NCBI GenBank assembly: GCA_026770705.1
Contig: JANJGN010000783.1
Coordinates: 124,001 to 188,000 of the forward strand
DNA: 64,000 nt
Direction of reading: 5' to 3'
Source of the DNA: Isurus oxyrinchus
Taxonomy: Eukaryota
In this document: one piece after another, positions 36,680 through 50,700 of the stretch
Position numbering within the stretch: position 1 is the stretch's first letter
Layout: each line of letters opens with the position of its first letter
Notes under the pieces: generated by a model
Seen by the model: the letters and a program-made list of their open reading frames with translations, nothing else
What the model was told of the DNA's origin: nothing
Databases searched by the model: none
Program-made: the position numbers and the translations under genes

Positions 36680-36772
36680 TCTACTTATTGAGCCCGACTT
36701 TGGGTGGGCCGGACACGGCTCCTTTGCATAATATTCAAACGCAGCCAACCAACAGGGCGCCGGGATGCAAAT
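36680..36772 (-). promoter_or_regulatory. Ig-type promoter: perfect octamer ATTTGCAT (36765-36772, light-chain orientation), inverted variant ATGCAAAG (36722-36729) and AT-rich TATA-like CAATAAG (~36684-36690)
   Basis: Motifs read directly; spacing to the leader ATG is typical of Ig V promoters. Confidence 0.8.
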
Positions 36773-36881
36773 GGCTACGTCTCAAACAATAATTGGCCAA
36801 GGGAGGACCTGGCGATGGCTGGGTGAGGTTGGTTTCGGAGGAGGGGGGGTGGGGGGGCAGAACGTGGCCTGGTTTCGAGAT

Positions 36882-36916
<35 letters not shown>

Positions 36917-37084
36917 GAGCGAGAGAGGGAGAGGGGGGTGAGAGAGCTTATCCATTCGTGGGATGTGGCCATTGTGGGCAAGGCTGGCACTCGTTGCCCC
37001 CCCCCCTCATGAATTGCCCTCCCAGGAGAGGAGTGGGGGTGGGTGGGGTGGGGTGGGGGGGGGCGGTGGGTGGTGGTTGCACAC

Positions 37085-37324
37085 TGGAACATAGGACGTG
37101 GAAGCAAGAGTAGGCCATTCAGCCCTTTAAGCCATTCAATAAGGCCAGGATCCGGCTGTGGCCTCAGCTTTGCCATCTGCCACCCCCCCCTCCCCCCACC
37201 ACCCCCGCCTCCCCCCCCCACCCCGCCCCCCACCTCTCTCTCCGGCCCCCACGACCCTCATCGATCAGAAACCTGTCCGACTCAGCCTCGAGTGTATTCA
37301 GTGACCGGGCCTCCACCCCTCTCC

Positions 37325-37355
<31 letters not shown>

Positions 37356-37640
37356 GGAGGGAGTTCCACAGACTGAGCACCCTCCGAGAGAGGGAAATCC
37401 CTCCTCGTCTCCGTCTCCGATGGGAGACCCCTCGCTCTGAAACTGTGTCCCACTACCACCCCCGCACCACCCCCACCCCCCCACCCCCCTTACTCCCCCT
37501 AGTCTTCCTCTCTCCCACAAGTGGAAACATCCCCCCCCGCCTCGGGGTATCTTCCCAATCAAATCCCCTCAGGAGTTCAGACATTTCGATAAGACATTCC
37601 CCTAAACTCCAGTGGGAACGCGCCCAGCCTGTTCCACCTT
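37085..37640 (-). mobile_element. Degenerate CR1 3' fragment
   Basis: 'gaacataggacgtggaagcaagagtaggccattcagccc' (reverse CR1 tail), 'gggagttccacagact', 'ctctcccacaagtggaaacatc'. Confidence 0.7.
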
Positions 37641-37837
37641 TCCCCACCGTATCCTAAATGCTTTCATCGCGGAGGATGGTTGATCTTCGAGGATGGAGAA
37701 CGTCTTGGAAGAATTTGCGTTTTTTTAGGAAAGACACTGCCCCCTTGAAGGGTCGATGCTCAGACTCCGGTTGCTACTGTTCGGGGAAAAGACAGCATTT
37801 TAGAGGGAAAGGTAATTGAGCAGTTTGAGTCACGGAG

Positions 37838-38515
37838 TCAGCGAGGTCTCCAGCACAGAAAAAGGCCCTTCGGCCCATCGAGTCTGCACCGGTCAAACAA
37901 GTACCTAACCATTCTAATCCCATTTTCCAGCACTATAGGCCCATAACCTTGTATCCCATGGCATTGCAAGTACACACCCAAATACTTCTTAAATATAATG
38001 AGGGTTTCTGCCTCTACCACGCTTTCAGGCAGAGTTCCAGATTCCCACTACCCTCTGGGTGAAAAAAGTCTTCCTCACATCCCCTCTAAACCTCCTGCCC
38101 CTTACGTTAAATCTATGCCCCCTGGTTATTGATCCCTCCACCAAGGGGAAAGGTTCCTTCCTGTCTACCCTATCTAAGCCCCTCATCATTTTATACACCT
38201 CAATCATGCCCCCCCCTCAATCTCCTCTGCTCCAGGGAAAATAACCCCAGTCTATCCAATCTCTCCTCATAACTAAAACTCTCCAGCCCAGGCAACATCC
38301 TGGTAAATCTCGTCTGCTCTCTCTCGAGTGCAATCACATCCTTCCTATAAAGCGGATTCCAGAACGGCACGCAATACTCTAGCTGTGGCCTAACCAGCAT
38401 TTTATCCAGTTCCAGCATAACAACCCTGTTCTTATATTCTCTGCCTTGGCTAATAAAGCAAAGTATCCCATATGCCTTCCTACCCACCTTCTCTACTTGT
38501 CTCGCTACCTTGAGG
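37838..38515 (-). mobile_element. CR1 LINE 3' fragment
   Basis: LVRPQLEYCVPFW..RFTRMLPGLESFSYEERLDRLGLFSLEQRRLRG; IEVYKMMRGLDRVD..TRGHRF..FFTQRVVGIWN. Confidence 0.92.
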
Positions 38516-38737
38516 GTTCCTCCGAGATGACAAACCTCTGGGGTTGAGTTACGAAGGGACAGGGTTAGGACCTCATGGATCAAAGACGCCTCAGACACCG
38601 GCAGCCCGGTTCAGTCTTCTGGGGATCATTGACCCGCGATCTGCCTTTGCCTGCCTGTGGCTGACTCTTATGTTAAGTCATTTATTTAAGTGTTTAGGAG
38701 AAGGGTTGTTGAGGTCTGGGACCTCTGGCCAGAGAAT

Positions 38738-41700
38738 ACTTGGGGTTGGAGCCCGTGGAGTGCAGATATAGAGTTTACTCAGGGTAGTAGACCCTGGAGT
38801 GCAGATTTAGAGTTTACTCGGGGTTGGAGACCCTGGAGTGTAGATTTAGAGTTTACTCGGGGTTGGAGACCCTGGAGTGTAGATTTAGAGTTAACTCTGG
38901 GTTGGAGACCATGGAGCGTAGATTTAGAGTTTACTGCGAGTTGTAGACCCTGTAGTGTAGATTTAGAGTTTACTCGGGGTTGGAGACCCTGGAGCATAGA
39001 TTTAGAGTTTACTCGGGGTTGGAGTCCCTGGAGTGTAGATTTAGAGTTTACTTGGGGTTGGAGTACCTGGAGTGTAGATTTAGAGTTTACTCAGGGTTGG
39101 AGTCACTGGAGTGTAGATTTAGAGTTTAGAAGGGGTTGTAGACCCAGGAGTGTAGATTTAGAGTTTACAAGGGGGTGGAGACCCTGGAGTGTAGATTTAG
39201 AGTTTACTCGGGGTCGGAGGCCCTGGAGTGTAGATTTAGAGTTTACTCGGGGTTGGAGACCATGGAGTGTAGATTTAGAATTTACTCGGGGTCGGAGTCC
39301 CTGGAGTGTAGATTTAGAGTTAACTAGGGGTTGGAGTCCATGGAGTGTAGATTTAGAGTTTACTCGGGGTTGGAGTCCCTGGAATGTAGATTTAGAGTTT
39401 ACTCGGTCTTGGAGACCCTGGAGTGTAGATTTAGACTTTACTCGGGGTCGGAGACCCTTCAGTGTAGATTTAGAGTCTACTCGGGGTTGGAGACCCTGGA
39501 GTGTAGATTTAGAGTTTACTCAGGGGTGGAGACCATGGAGTGTAGATTTAAACTTTACCGGGGGTCGGAGTCCCTGGAGTGTAGATTTAGAGATTGCTCG
39601 GGGTCGGAGTCCCTAGAGTGTAGATTTAGAGTTTACTCGGGGTCGGAGTCCCTGGAGTGTAGATTTAGAGTTTACTTGGGGTCGCAGACACTGGAGTGCA
39701 GATTTAGAGTTTACTTGGGGTTGGAGTCCCTGGAGTGTAGATTTAGAGTTTACTGGGGGTCGGAGTCCCTGGAGTGTAGATTTAGAGTTTACTCGGGGTC
39801 GGAGACACTGGAGTGTAGATTTAGAGTTTACTCGGGGTCGGAGTCCCTGGAGTGTAGATTTAGAGTTTACTCGGGGTTGAAAACCCTGGAGTGTAGATTT
39901 AGAGTTTACTCGGGGTTGAAGACCCTGGAGTGTAGATTTAGAGTTTACTCGGGGTCGGAGACCCTGGAGTGTAGATTTATAGTTTACTCGGGTTTGTAGA
40001 CCCTGGAGTGCAGATTTAGAGTTTACTCTGTGTCGGAGACCCTGGAGTGTAAATTTAGAGTTTACTCTGGGTTGTAGACCCTGGAGGGTAGATTTAGAGT
40101 TAACTCGGTGTCGGAGACCCTGGAGTGTAGATTTAAAGTTTACTCGGGGTCGGAGACCCTTCAGTGTAGATTTAGAGTTTACTCGGGGTTGAAAACCCTG
40201 GAGTGTAGATTTAGAGTTTACTCGGGGTCGGAGTCCCTGGAGTGTCGATTTAGAGTTTACCCGGGGTTGAAGACCCTGGAGTGTAGATTTAGAATCTACT
40301 CGGGGTTGGAGTCCCTGGAGTGTAGATTTAGAGTTTAATCGGGGTTGGAGTCCCTGGAGTGTAGATTTAGTGTTTACTCGGGGTTGGAGCCGCTGGAGTG
40401 TAGATTTAGAGTTTCATCGGGGTTGGAGACCCTGGAGTGTCGATTTAGAGTTTACTCGGGGTCGGAGTCCCTGGAGTGTAGATTTAGAGTTTACTCGGGG
40501 TTGGAGACCTGGGAGTGTAGATTTAGAGTTTAATCGGGGGTGCAGACACTCGAATGTAGATTTAGAGTTTACTCGGGGTTGGAGCCCCTGGAGTGTAGAT
40601 TTAGTGTTTACTCGGGGTTGGAGTCCCTGGAGTGTAGATTTAGAGTTTACTCGGGGTCGGAGACACTGGAGTGTAGATTTAGAGATTACTTGGGGTCGGA
40701 GTCCCTGGAATGTAGATTTAGAGTTTACTCGGTGTTGGAGTCCCTGGAGTGTAGATTGAGAGTTTGCTCGGGGTCGGAGACCCTGGAGTGTAGATTTAGA
40801 GTTTACTCGGGGTTGGAGTCCCTGGAGTGTAGATTTAGAGTTTACTCGGGATCGGAGTCCCTGGAGTGTAGATTTAGAGTTTACTCAGGGTTGGAGTCCC
40901 TGGAATGTAGATTTAGAGTTTACTCGGTGTTGGAGACCCTGGAGTGTAGATTTAGATTTTACTCGGGGTCAGAGTCCCTGGAGCGTCGATTTAGAGTTTA
41001 CTCAGGGTTGTAGACCATGGTTTTTATATTTAGAGTTTACTCGGAGTTGGAGCCCCTGGAGTGTAGATTTAGAGTTTACACGGGGTCGGAGTCCCTGGAG
41101 TGTAGATTTAGAGTTTACTCGCTGTCGGTGTCCCTAGAGTGTAGATTTAGAGTTTACTTGGTGTTGGAGTCCCTGGAGTGTAGATTGAGAGTTTACTGAG
41201 GTTTGGAGCCCCTGGAGTGTAGATTTAGAGTTTACACGGAGTTGGAGCCCCTGGAGTGTAGATTTAGAGTTTACACGGAGTTGGAGCCCCTGGAGTGTAG
41301 ATTTAGAGTTTACTCGGGTTTGGAGCCTTTGGAGTGTAGATTTCGAGTTTACTCGGGGTCGGAGTCCCTGGAGCGTAGATTTAGAGTTTACTCGGGGTTG
41401 GAGTCCCTGGAGTGTAGATTTAGAGTTTACTCAGGGTTGGAGTCCCTGGAGTGTAGATTTAGAGTTTACTCGGGGTTGTAGACCCTGGAGTGTAGATTTA
41501 GAGTTTACTCGGGGTTGGAGTCCCTGGAGTGTAGATTTAGAGTTTACTCAGGGTTGGAGTCCCTGGAGTGTAGATTTAGAGTTTACTCGGGGTTGTAGAC
41601 CCTGGAGTGTAGATTTAGAGTTTACTCAGGGGTGGAGACCCTGGAGTGCAGATTTAGAGTTTACTCGGGATCGGTGTCCCTGGAGTGTAGATTTAGAGTT

Positions 41701-44700
41701 TAATCGGGGTTGGTGTCCCTGGAGTGTAGTTTTAGAGTTTACTCGGGGTTGGAGTCCCTGGAGTGTAGATTTAGAATCTACTCGGGGATGGAGTCCCTGG
41801 AGTGTAGATTTAGAGTTTACTCGGGATTGGAGTCCCTGGAGTGTAGATTCAGAGTTTACTCGGGGTTGGAGCCGCTGGAGTGTAGATTTAGAATTCACTC
41901 GGGGTTGGAGTCCCTGGAGTGTAGATTTAGAGTTTACTCGGGGATGGAGTCCCTGGAGTGTAGATTTAGAGTTTACTCGGGATTGGAGTCCCTGGAGTGT
42001 AGATTCAGAGTTTACTCGGGGTTGGAGCCGCTGGAGTGTAGATTTAGAATTCACTCGGGTTTGGAGCCCCTGGAGTGTAGATTTAGAGTTTACTCGGGTT
42101 TGGAGCCTTTGGAGTGTAGATTTAGAGTTTACTCGAGGTCGGAGACCCTGGAGTGTAGATTTAGAATTTACTCGGGGTTGGAGACCCTGGAGTGTAGATT
42201 TAGAGTTTACTCGGGGTTGGAGTCCCTGGTGTGTAGATTTAGAGTTTACTCTGGGTTGGAGTCCGTGGAATGTAGATTTAGAGTTTACTCGGGGTTGGAG
42301 CCGCTGGATTGTAGATTTAGAGTTTACTCGGGGTTGGAAAGCATGGAGTGTAGATTTAGAGCTGACTTGGGGTTGTAGACCCTGGAGTGTAGATTTAGAG
42401 TTTACTCGGGGTCGGAGACCCTGGAGTGTAGATTTAGAATTAACTTGGGGTTGGAGTCCCTGGAGTATAGATTTAGAGTTTACTCGGGTTTGGAGCCCCT
42501 GGAGTGTAGATTTAGAGTTTACTCGGGTTTGGAGCCTTTGGAGTGTAGATTTAGAGTTTACTCGAGGTCGGAGACCCTGGAGTGTAGAGTTAGAATTTAC
42601 TCGGGGTTGGAGACCCTGGAGTGTAGATTTAGAGTTTACTCTGGATTGGAGTCCGTGGAATGTAGATTTAGAGTTTACTCGGGGTTGGAGTCCCTGGTGT
42701 GTAGATTTAGAGTTTACTCTGGATTGGAGTCCGTGGAATGTAGATTTAGAGTTTACTCGGGGTTGGAGCCGCTGGATTGTAGATTTAGAGTTTACTCGGG
42801 GTTGGAAAGCATGGAGTGTAGATTTAGAGCTGACTTGGGGTTGTAGACCCTGGAGTGTAGATTTAGAGTTTACTCGGGGTTGGATTCCCTGGAGTGTAGA
42901 TTTGGAGATTACTCAGGGTCGGGAGCCCCTGGAGTGCAGATTTAGGATTTACTTGGGGTCGGAGACCCTGGAGTGTAGATTTAGAGTTTACTCGAGTTTG
43001 TAGACCCTGGAGTGGAGATTGAGAGTTTACTCGGGGTTGGAGACCCTGGCGCGTAGATTTAGAGTTTACTCGGGGTTGGAGTCCCTGGAGTGTAGATTTA
43101 GAGCTTACTCGGGGTTGGAGTCCCTGGAGTGTAGATTTAGAGTTTACTCGATGTCGGAGTCCCTGGAGTGTAGATTTAGAGTTTACTCAGGGTTGGAGTC
43201 CCTGGAGTGTAGATTCATAGTTTACTCGGGGTTGTAGACCCTGGAGTGTAGATTTAGAGTTTACTCGGGGTTGTAGACCCTGGAGTGTAGATTTAGAGTT
43301 TACTCGGGGTTGGAGTCCCTGGAGTGTAGATTTAGAGTTTACTCGGGGTCGGAGTCCCTGGAGTGTAGATTTAGAGTTTACTCAGGGTTGGAGTCCCTGG
43401 AGTGTAGATTTAGAGTTTACTCGGGGTTGTAGACCCTGGAGTGTAGATTTAGAGTTTACTCAGGGGTGGAGACCCTGGAGTGTAGATTTAGAATTTACTC
43501 GGGGTCGGAGACCCTGGAGTGTAGATTTAGAATTTACTCGGGGTTGGAGACCCTGGAGTGTAGATTTAGAGTTTACTCAGGGTTGGAGTCCCTGGTGTGT
43601 AGATTTAGAGTTTACTCGGGGTTGGAGCCGCTGGAGTGTAGATTTAGAGTTTACTCGGGGTTGGAGAGCATGGAGTGTAGATTTAGAGCTGACTTGGGGT
43701 TGTAGACCCTGGAGTGTAGATTTAGAGTTTACTCGGGGTTGGATTCCCTGGAGTGTAGATTTGGAGATTACTCAGGGTCGGGAGCCCCTGGAGTGCAGAT
43801 TTAGGATTTACTCGGGGTCGGAGACCCTGGAGTGTAGATTTAGAGTTTACTCGAGTTTGTAGACCCTGGAGTGGAGATTGAGAGTTTACTCGGGGTTGGA
43901 GACCCTGGAGCGTAGATTTAGAGTTTACTCGGGGTTGGAGTCCCTGGAGTGTAGATTTAGAGTTTACTCGGGGTACGAGCCCCTGGAGTGCAGATTTAGA
44001 GTTTACTCGGGGATGGAGTCCCTGGAGTGTAGATTTAGAGTTTACTCGGGATTGGAGTCCCTGGAGTGTAGATTCAGAGTTTACTCGGGGTTGGAGCCGC
44101 TGGAGTGTAGATTTAGAATTCACTCGGGGTTGGAGTCCCTGGAGTATAGATTTAGAGTTTACTCGGGTTTGGAGCCCCTGGAGTGTAGATTTAGAGTTTA
44201 CTCGAGGTCGGAGACCCTGGAGTGTAGATTTAGAATTTACTCGGGGTTGGAGACCCTGGAGTGTAGATTTAGAGTTTACTCGGGGTTGGAGTCCCTGGTG
44301 TGTAGATTTAGAGTTTACTCTGGGTTGGAGTCCGTGGAATGTAGATTTAGAGTTTACTCGGGGTTGGAGCCGCTGGATTGTAGATTTAGAGTTTACTCGG
44401 GGTTGGAAAGCATGGAGTGTAGATTTAGAGCTGACTTGGGGTTGTAGACCCTGGAGTGTAGATTTAGAGTTTACTCGGGGTCGGAGACCCTGGAGTGTAG
44501 ATTTAGAATTAACTTGGGGTTGGAGTCCCTGGAGTATAGATTTAGAGTTTACTCGGGTTTGGAGCCCCTGGAGTGTAGATTTAGAGTTTACTCGGGTTTG
44601 GAGCCTTTGGAGTGTAGATTTAGAGTTTACTCGAGGTCGGAGACCCTGGAGTGTAGAGTTAGAATTTACTCGGGGTTGGAGACCCTGGAGTGTAGATTTA

Positions 44701-47700
44701 GAGTTTACTCTGGATTGGAGTCCGTGGAATGTAGATTTAGAGTTTACTCGGGGTTGGAGTCCCTGGTGTGTAGATTTAGAGTTTACTCTGGATTGGAGTC
44801 CGTGGAATGTAGATTTAGAGTTTACTCGGGGTTGGAGCCGCTGGATTGTAGATTTAGAGTTTACTCGGGGTTGGAAAGCATGGAGTGTAGATTTAGAGCT
44901 GACTTGGGGTTGTAGACCCTGGAGTGTAGATTTAGAGTTTACTCGGGGTTGGATTCCCTGGAGTGTAGATTTGGAGATTACTCAGGGTCGGGAGCCCCTG
45001 GAGTGCAGATTTAGGATTTACTTGGGGTCGGAGACCCTGGAGTGTAGATTTAGAGTTTACTCGAGTTTGTAGACCCTGGAGTGGAGATTGAGAGTTTACT
45101 CGGGGTTGGAGACCCTGGAGCGTAGATTTAGAGTTTACTCGGGGTTGGAGTCCCTGGAGTGTAGATTAAGAGCTTACTCGGGGTTGGAGTCCCTGGAGTG
45201 TAGATTTAGAGTTTACTCGATGTCGGAGTCCCTGGAGTGTAGATTTAGAGTTTACTCAGGGTTGGAGTCCCTGGAGTGTAGATTCATAGTTTACTCGGGG
45301 TCGTAGACCCTGGAGTGTAGATTTAGAGTTTACTCGGGGTTGTAGACCCTGGAGTGTAGATTTAGAGTTTACTCGGGGTTGGAGTCCCTGGAGTGTAGAT
45401 TTAGAGTTTACTCGGGGTCGGAGTCCCTGGAGTGTAGATTTAGAGTTTACTCAGGGTTGGAGTCCCTGGAGTGTAGATTTAGAGTTTACTCGGGGTTGTA
45501 GACCCTGGAGTGTAGATTTAGAGTTTACTCAGGGGTGGAGACCCTGGAGTGTAGATTTAGAGTTTACTCGGGGTCGGAGACCCTGGAGTGTAGATTTAGA
45601 GTTTACTCGGGGTTGGAGAGCATGGAGTGTAGATTTAGAGCTGACTTGGGGTTGTAGACCCTGGAGTGTAGATTTAGAGTTTACTCGGGGTTGGATTCCC
45701 TGGAGTGTAGATTTGGAGATTACTCAGGGTCGGGAGCCCCTGGAGTGCAGATTTAGGATTTACTCGGGGTCGGAGACCCTGGAGTGTAGATTTAGAGTTT
45801 ACTCGAGTTTGTAGACCCTGGAGTGGAGATTGAGAGTTTACTCGGGGTTGGAGACCCTGGAGCGTAGATTTAGAGTTTACTCGGGGTTGGAGTCCCTGGA
45901 GTGTAGATTTAGAGTTTACTCGGGGTACGAGCCCCTGGAGTGTAGATTTAGAGTTTACTCGGGGATGGAGTCCCTGGAGTGTAGATTTAGAGTTTACTCG
46001 GGGTTGGAGACCCTGGAGCGTAGATTTAGAGTTTACTCGGGGTTGGAGTCCCTGGAGTGTAGAGTTAGAGTTTACTCGGGGTCGGAGTCCCTGGAGTGTA
46101 GATTTAGAGTTTACTCGAGGTTGGAGTCCCTGGAGTGTAGATTTAGAGTTTACTCAAGGTTGGAGTGCCTGGAGTGTAGATTTATAGTTTACTCGGGGTT
46201 GTAGACCCTGGAGTGTAGATTTAGAGTTTACTCGGTGTCGGAGTCCCTGGAGTATAAATTAAGAGTTTACTCGGGGTTGTAGACCCTGGAGTGTAGATTT
46301 AGAGTTTAATCGGGGTCGAAGTCCCTGGAGTGTAGATTTAGAGTTTACTCGGGGTTGGAGACCCTGGAGTGTACATTTAGAGTTTACTCGGGGTTGTAGA
46401 CTCTGGAGTGTAGATTTAAAGTTTATTCGAGGTTGTAGATCCTGGAGTGTAGATTTAGAGTTTACTCGGGGTCGGAGACCCTGGAGTGTAGATTTAGAGT
46501 TTACTCGGGGTACGAGCCCCTGGAGTGTAGATTTAGAGTTTACTCGGGGATGGAGTCCCTGGAGTGTAGATTTAGAGTTTACTCGGGGTCGGAGTCCCTG
46601 GAGTGTAGATTTAGAGTTTACTCGGGGTTCGAGCCCCTGGAGTGTAGATTTAGAGTTTACTCGGGGATGGAGTCCCTGGAGTGTAGATTTAGAGTTTACT
46701 CGGGGTCGGAGTCCCTGGAGTGTAGATTTAGAGTTTACTCGGGATCGGAGTCCCTGGAATATAGATTTCGAGTTTCATTAGGTTCGGAGACCCTGGAGTG
46801 TAGATTTAGTGTTTACTCGGGTTTGTAGACCCTGGAGGGTAGATTAAGAGTTTACTCGGTGTCGGAGACACTGGAGTGTAGATTTAGTGTTTACTCGGGG
46901 TTGTAGACCCTGGAGGGTAGATTTAGAGTTTACTCGGTGTCGGAGACCCTGGAGTGTAGATTTAGTGTTTACTCGGGGTTGTAGACCCTGGAGGGTAGAT
47001 TTAGAGTTTACTCGGGGTTGGATTCCCTGGAGTGTAGATTTGGAGATTACTCAGGGTCGGGAGCCCCTGGAGTGCAGATTTAGGATTTACTTGGGGTCGG
47101 AGACCCTGGAGTGTAGATTTAGAGTTTACTCGAGTTTGTAGACCCTGGAGTGGAGATTGAGAGTTTACTCGGGGTTGGAGACCCTGGCGCGTAGATTTAG
47201 AGTTTACTCGGGGTTGGAGTCCCTGGAGTGTAGATTTAGAGCTTACTCGGGGTTGGAGTCCCTGGAGTGTAGATTTAGAGTTTACTCGATGTCGGAGTCC
47301 CTGGAGTGTAGATTTAGAGTTTACTCAGGGTTGGAGTCCCTGGAGTGTAGATTCATAGTTTACTCGGGGTTGTAGACCCTGGAGTGTAGATTTAGAGTTT
47401 ACTCGGGGTTGTAGACCCTGGAGTGTAGATTTAGAGTTTACTCGGGGTTGGAGTCCCTGGAGTGTAGATTTAGAGTTTACTCGGGGTCGGAGTCCCTGGA
47501 GTGTAGATTTAGAGTTTACTCAGGGTTGGAGTCCCTGGAGTGTAGATTTAGAGTTTACTCGGGGTTGTAGACCCTGGAGTGTAGATTTAGAGTTTACTCA
47601 GGGGTGGAGACCCTGGAGTGTAGATTTAGAATTTACTCGGGGTCGGAGACCCTGGAGTGTAGATTTAGAATTTACTCGGGGTTGGAGACCCTGGAGTGTA

Positions 47701-50700
47701 GATTTAGAGTTTACTCAGGGTTGGAGTCCCTGGTGTGTAGATTTAGAGTTTACTCGGGGTTGGAGCCGCTGGAGTGTAGATTTAGAGTTTACTCGGGGTT
47801 GGAGAGCATGGAGTGTAGATTTAGAGCTGACTTGGGGTTGTAGACCCTGGAGTGTAGATTTAGAGTTTACTCGGGGTTGGATTCCCTGGAGTGTAGATTT
47901 GGAGATTACTCAGGGTCGGGAGCCCCTGGAGTGCAGATTTAGGATTTACTCGGGGTTGTAGACCCTGGAGTGTAGATTTAGAGTTTACTCGAGTTTGTAG
48001 ACCCTGGAGTGGAGATTGAGAGTTTACTCGGGGTTGGAGACCCTGGAGCGTAGATTTAGAGTTTACTCGGGGTTGGAGTCCCTGGAGTGTAGATTTAGAG
48101 TTTACTCGGGGTACGAGCCCCTGGAGTGTAGATTTAGAGTTTACTCGGGGATGGAGTCCCTGGAGTGTAGATTTAGAGTTTACTCGGGATTGGAGTCCCT
48201 GGAGTGTAGATTCAGAGTTTACTCGGGGTTGGAGCCGCTGGAGTGTAGATTTAGAATTCACTCGGGGTTGGAGTCCCTGGAGTGTAGATTTAGAGTTTAC
48301 TCGGTGTTGAAAACCCTGGAGTGTAGATTTAGAGTTTACTCGGGTTTGGAGCCCCTGGAGTGTAGATTTAGAGTTTACTCGGGTTTGGAGCCTTTGGAGT
48401 GTAGATTTAGAGTTTACTCGAGGTCGGAGACCCTGGAGTGTAGATTTAGAATTTACTCGGGGTTGGAGACCCTGGAGTGTAGATTTAGAGTTTACTCGGG
48501 GTTGGAGTCCCTGGTGTGTAGATTTAGAGTTTACTCTGGGTTGGAGTCCGTGGAATGTAGATTTAGAGTTTACTCGGGGTTGGAGCCGCTGGATTGTAGA
48601 TTTAGAGTTTACTCGGGGTTGGAAAGCATGGAGTGTAGATTTAGAGCTGACTTGGGGTTGTAGACCCTGGAGTGTAGATTTAGAGTTTACTCGGGGTCGG
48701 AGACCCTGGAGTGTAGATTTAGAATTAACTTGGGGTTGGAGTACCTGGAGTGTAGATTTAGAGTTTACTCGGGTTTGGAGCCTTTGGAGTGTAGATTTAG
48801 AGTTTACTCGAGGTCGGAGACCCTGGAGTGTAGAGTTAGAATTTACTCGGGGTTGGAGACCCTGGAGTGTAGATTTAGAGTTTACTCTGGATTGGAGTCC
48901 GTGGAATGTAGATTTAGAGTTTACTCGGGGTTGGAGTCCCTGGTGTGTAGATTTAGAGTTTACTCTGGATTGGAGTCCGTGGAATGTAGATTTAGAGTTT
49001 ACTCGGGGTTGGAGCCGCTGGATTGTAGATTTAGAGTTTACTCGGGGTTGGAAAGCATGGAGTGTAGATTTAGAGCTGACTTGGGGTTGTAGACCCTGGA
49101 GTGTAGATTTAGAGTTTACTCGGGGTTGGATTCCCTGGAGTGTAGATTTGGAGATTACTCAGGGTCGGGAGCCCCTGGAGTGCAGATTTAGGATTTACTT
49201 GGGGTCGGAGACCCTGGAGTGTAGATTTAGAGTTTACTCGAGTTTGTAGACCCTGGAGTGGAGATTGAGAGTTTACTCGGGGTTGGAGACCCTGGAGCGT
49301 AGATTTAGAGTTTACTCGGGGTTGGAGTCCCTGGAGTGTAGATTAAGAGCTTACTCGGGGTTGGAGTCCCTGGAGTGTAGATTTAGAGTTTACTCGATGT
49401 CGGAGTCCCTGGAGTGTAGATTTAGAGTTTACTCAGGGTTGGAGTCCCTGGAGTGTAGATTCATAGTTTACTCGGGGTCGTAGACCCTGGAGTGTAGATT
49501 TAGAGTTTACTCGGGGTTGTAGACCCTGGAGTGTAGATTTAGAGTTTACTCGGGGTTGGAGTCCCTGGAGTGTAGATTTAGAGTTTACTCGGGGTTGGAT
49601 TCCCTGGAGTGTAGATTTGGAGATTACTCAGGGTCGGGAGCCCCTGGAGTGCAGATTTAGGATTTACTCGGGGTTGTAGACCCTGGAGTGTAGATTTAGA
49701 GTTTACTCGAGTTTGTAGACCCTGGAGTGGAGATTGAGAGTTTACTCGGGGTTGGAGACCCTGGAGCGTAGATTTAGAGTTTACTCGGGGTTGGAGTCCC
49801 TGGAGTGTAGATTTAGAGTTTACTCGGGGTACGAGCCCCTGGAGTGTAGATTTAGAGTTTACTCGGGGATGGAGTCCCTGGAGTGTAGATTTAGAGTTTA
49901 CTCGGGATTGGAGTCCCTGGAGTGTAGATTCAGAGTTTACTCGGGGTTGGAGCCGCTGGAGTGTAGATTTAGAATTCACTCGGGGTTGGAGTCCCTGGAG
50001 TGTAGATTTAGAGTTTACTCGGTGTTGAAAACCCTGGAGTGTAGATTTAGAGTTTACTCGGGTTTGGAGCCCCTGGAGTGTAGATTTAGAGTTTACTCGG
50101 GTTTGGAGCCTTTGGAGTGTAGATTTAGAGTTTACTCGAGGTCGGAGACCCTGGAGTGTAGATTTAGAATTTACTCGGGGTTGGAGACCCTGGAGTGTAG
50201 ATTTAGAGTTTACTCGGGGTTGGAGTCCCTGGTGTGTAGATTTAGAGTTTACTCTGGGTTGGAGTCCGTGGAATGTAGATTTAGAGTTTACTCGGGGTTG
50301 GAGCCGCTGGATTGTAGATTTAGAGTTTACTCGGGGTTGGAAAGCATGGAGTGTAGATTTAGAGCTGACTTGGGGTTGTAGACCCTGGAGTGTAGATTTA
50401 GAGTTTACTCGGGGTCGGAGACCCTGGAGTGTAGATTTAGAATTAACTTGGGGTTGGAGTACCTGGAGTGTAGATTTAGAGTTTACTCGGGTTTGGAGCC
50501 TTTGGAGTGTAGATTTAGAGTTTACTCGAGGTCGGAGACCCTGGAGTGTAGAGTTAGAATTTACTCGGGGTTGGAGACCCTGGAGTGTAGATTTAGAGTT
50601 TACTCTGGATTGGAGTCCGTGGAATGTAGATTTAGAGTTTACTCGGGGTTGGAGTCCCTGGTGTGTAGATTTAGAGTTTACTCTGGATTGGAGTCCGTGG

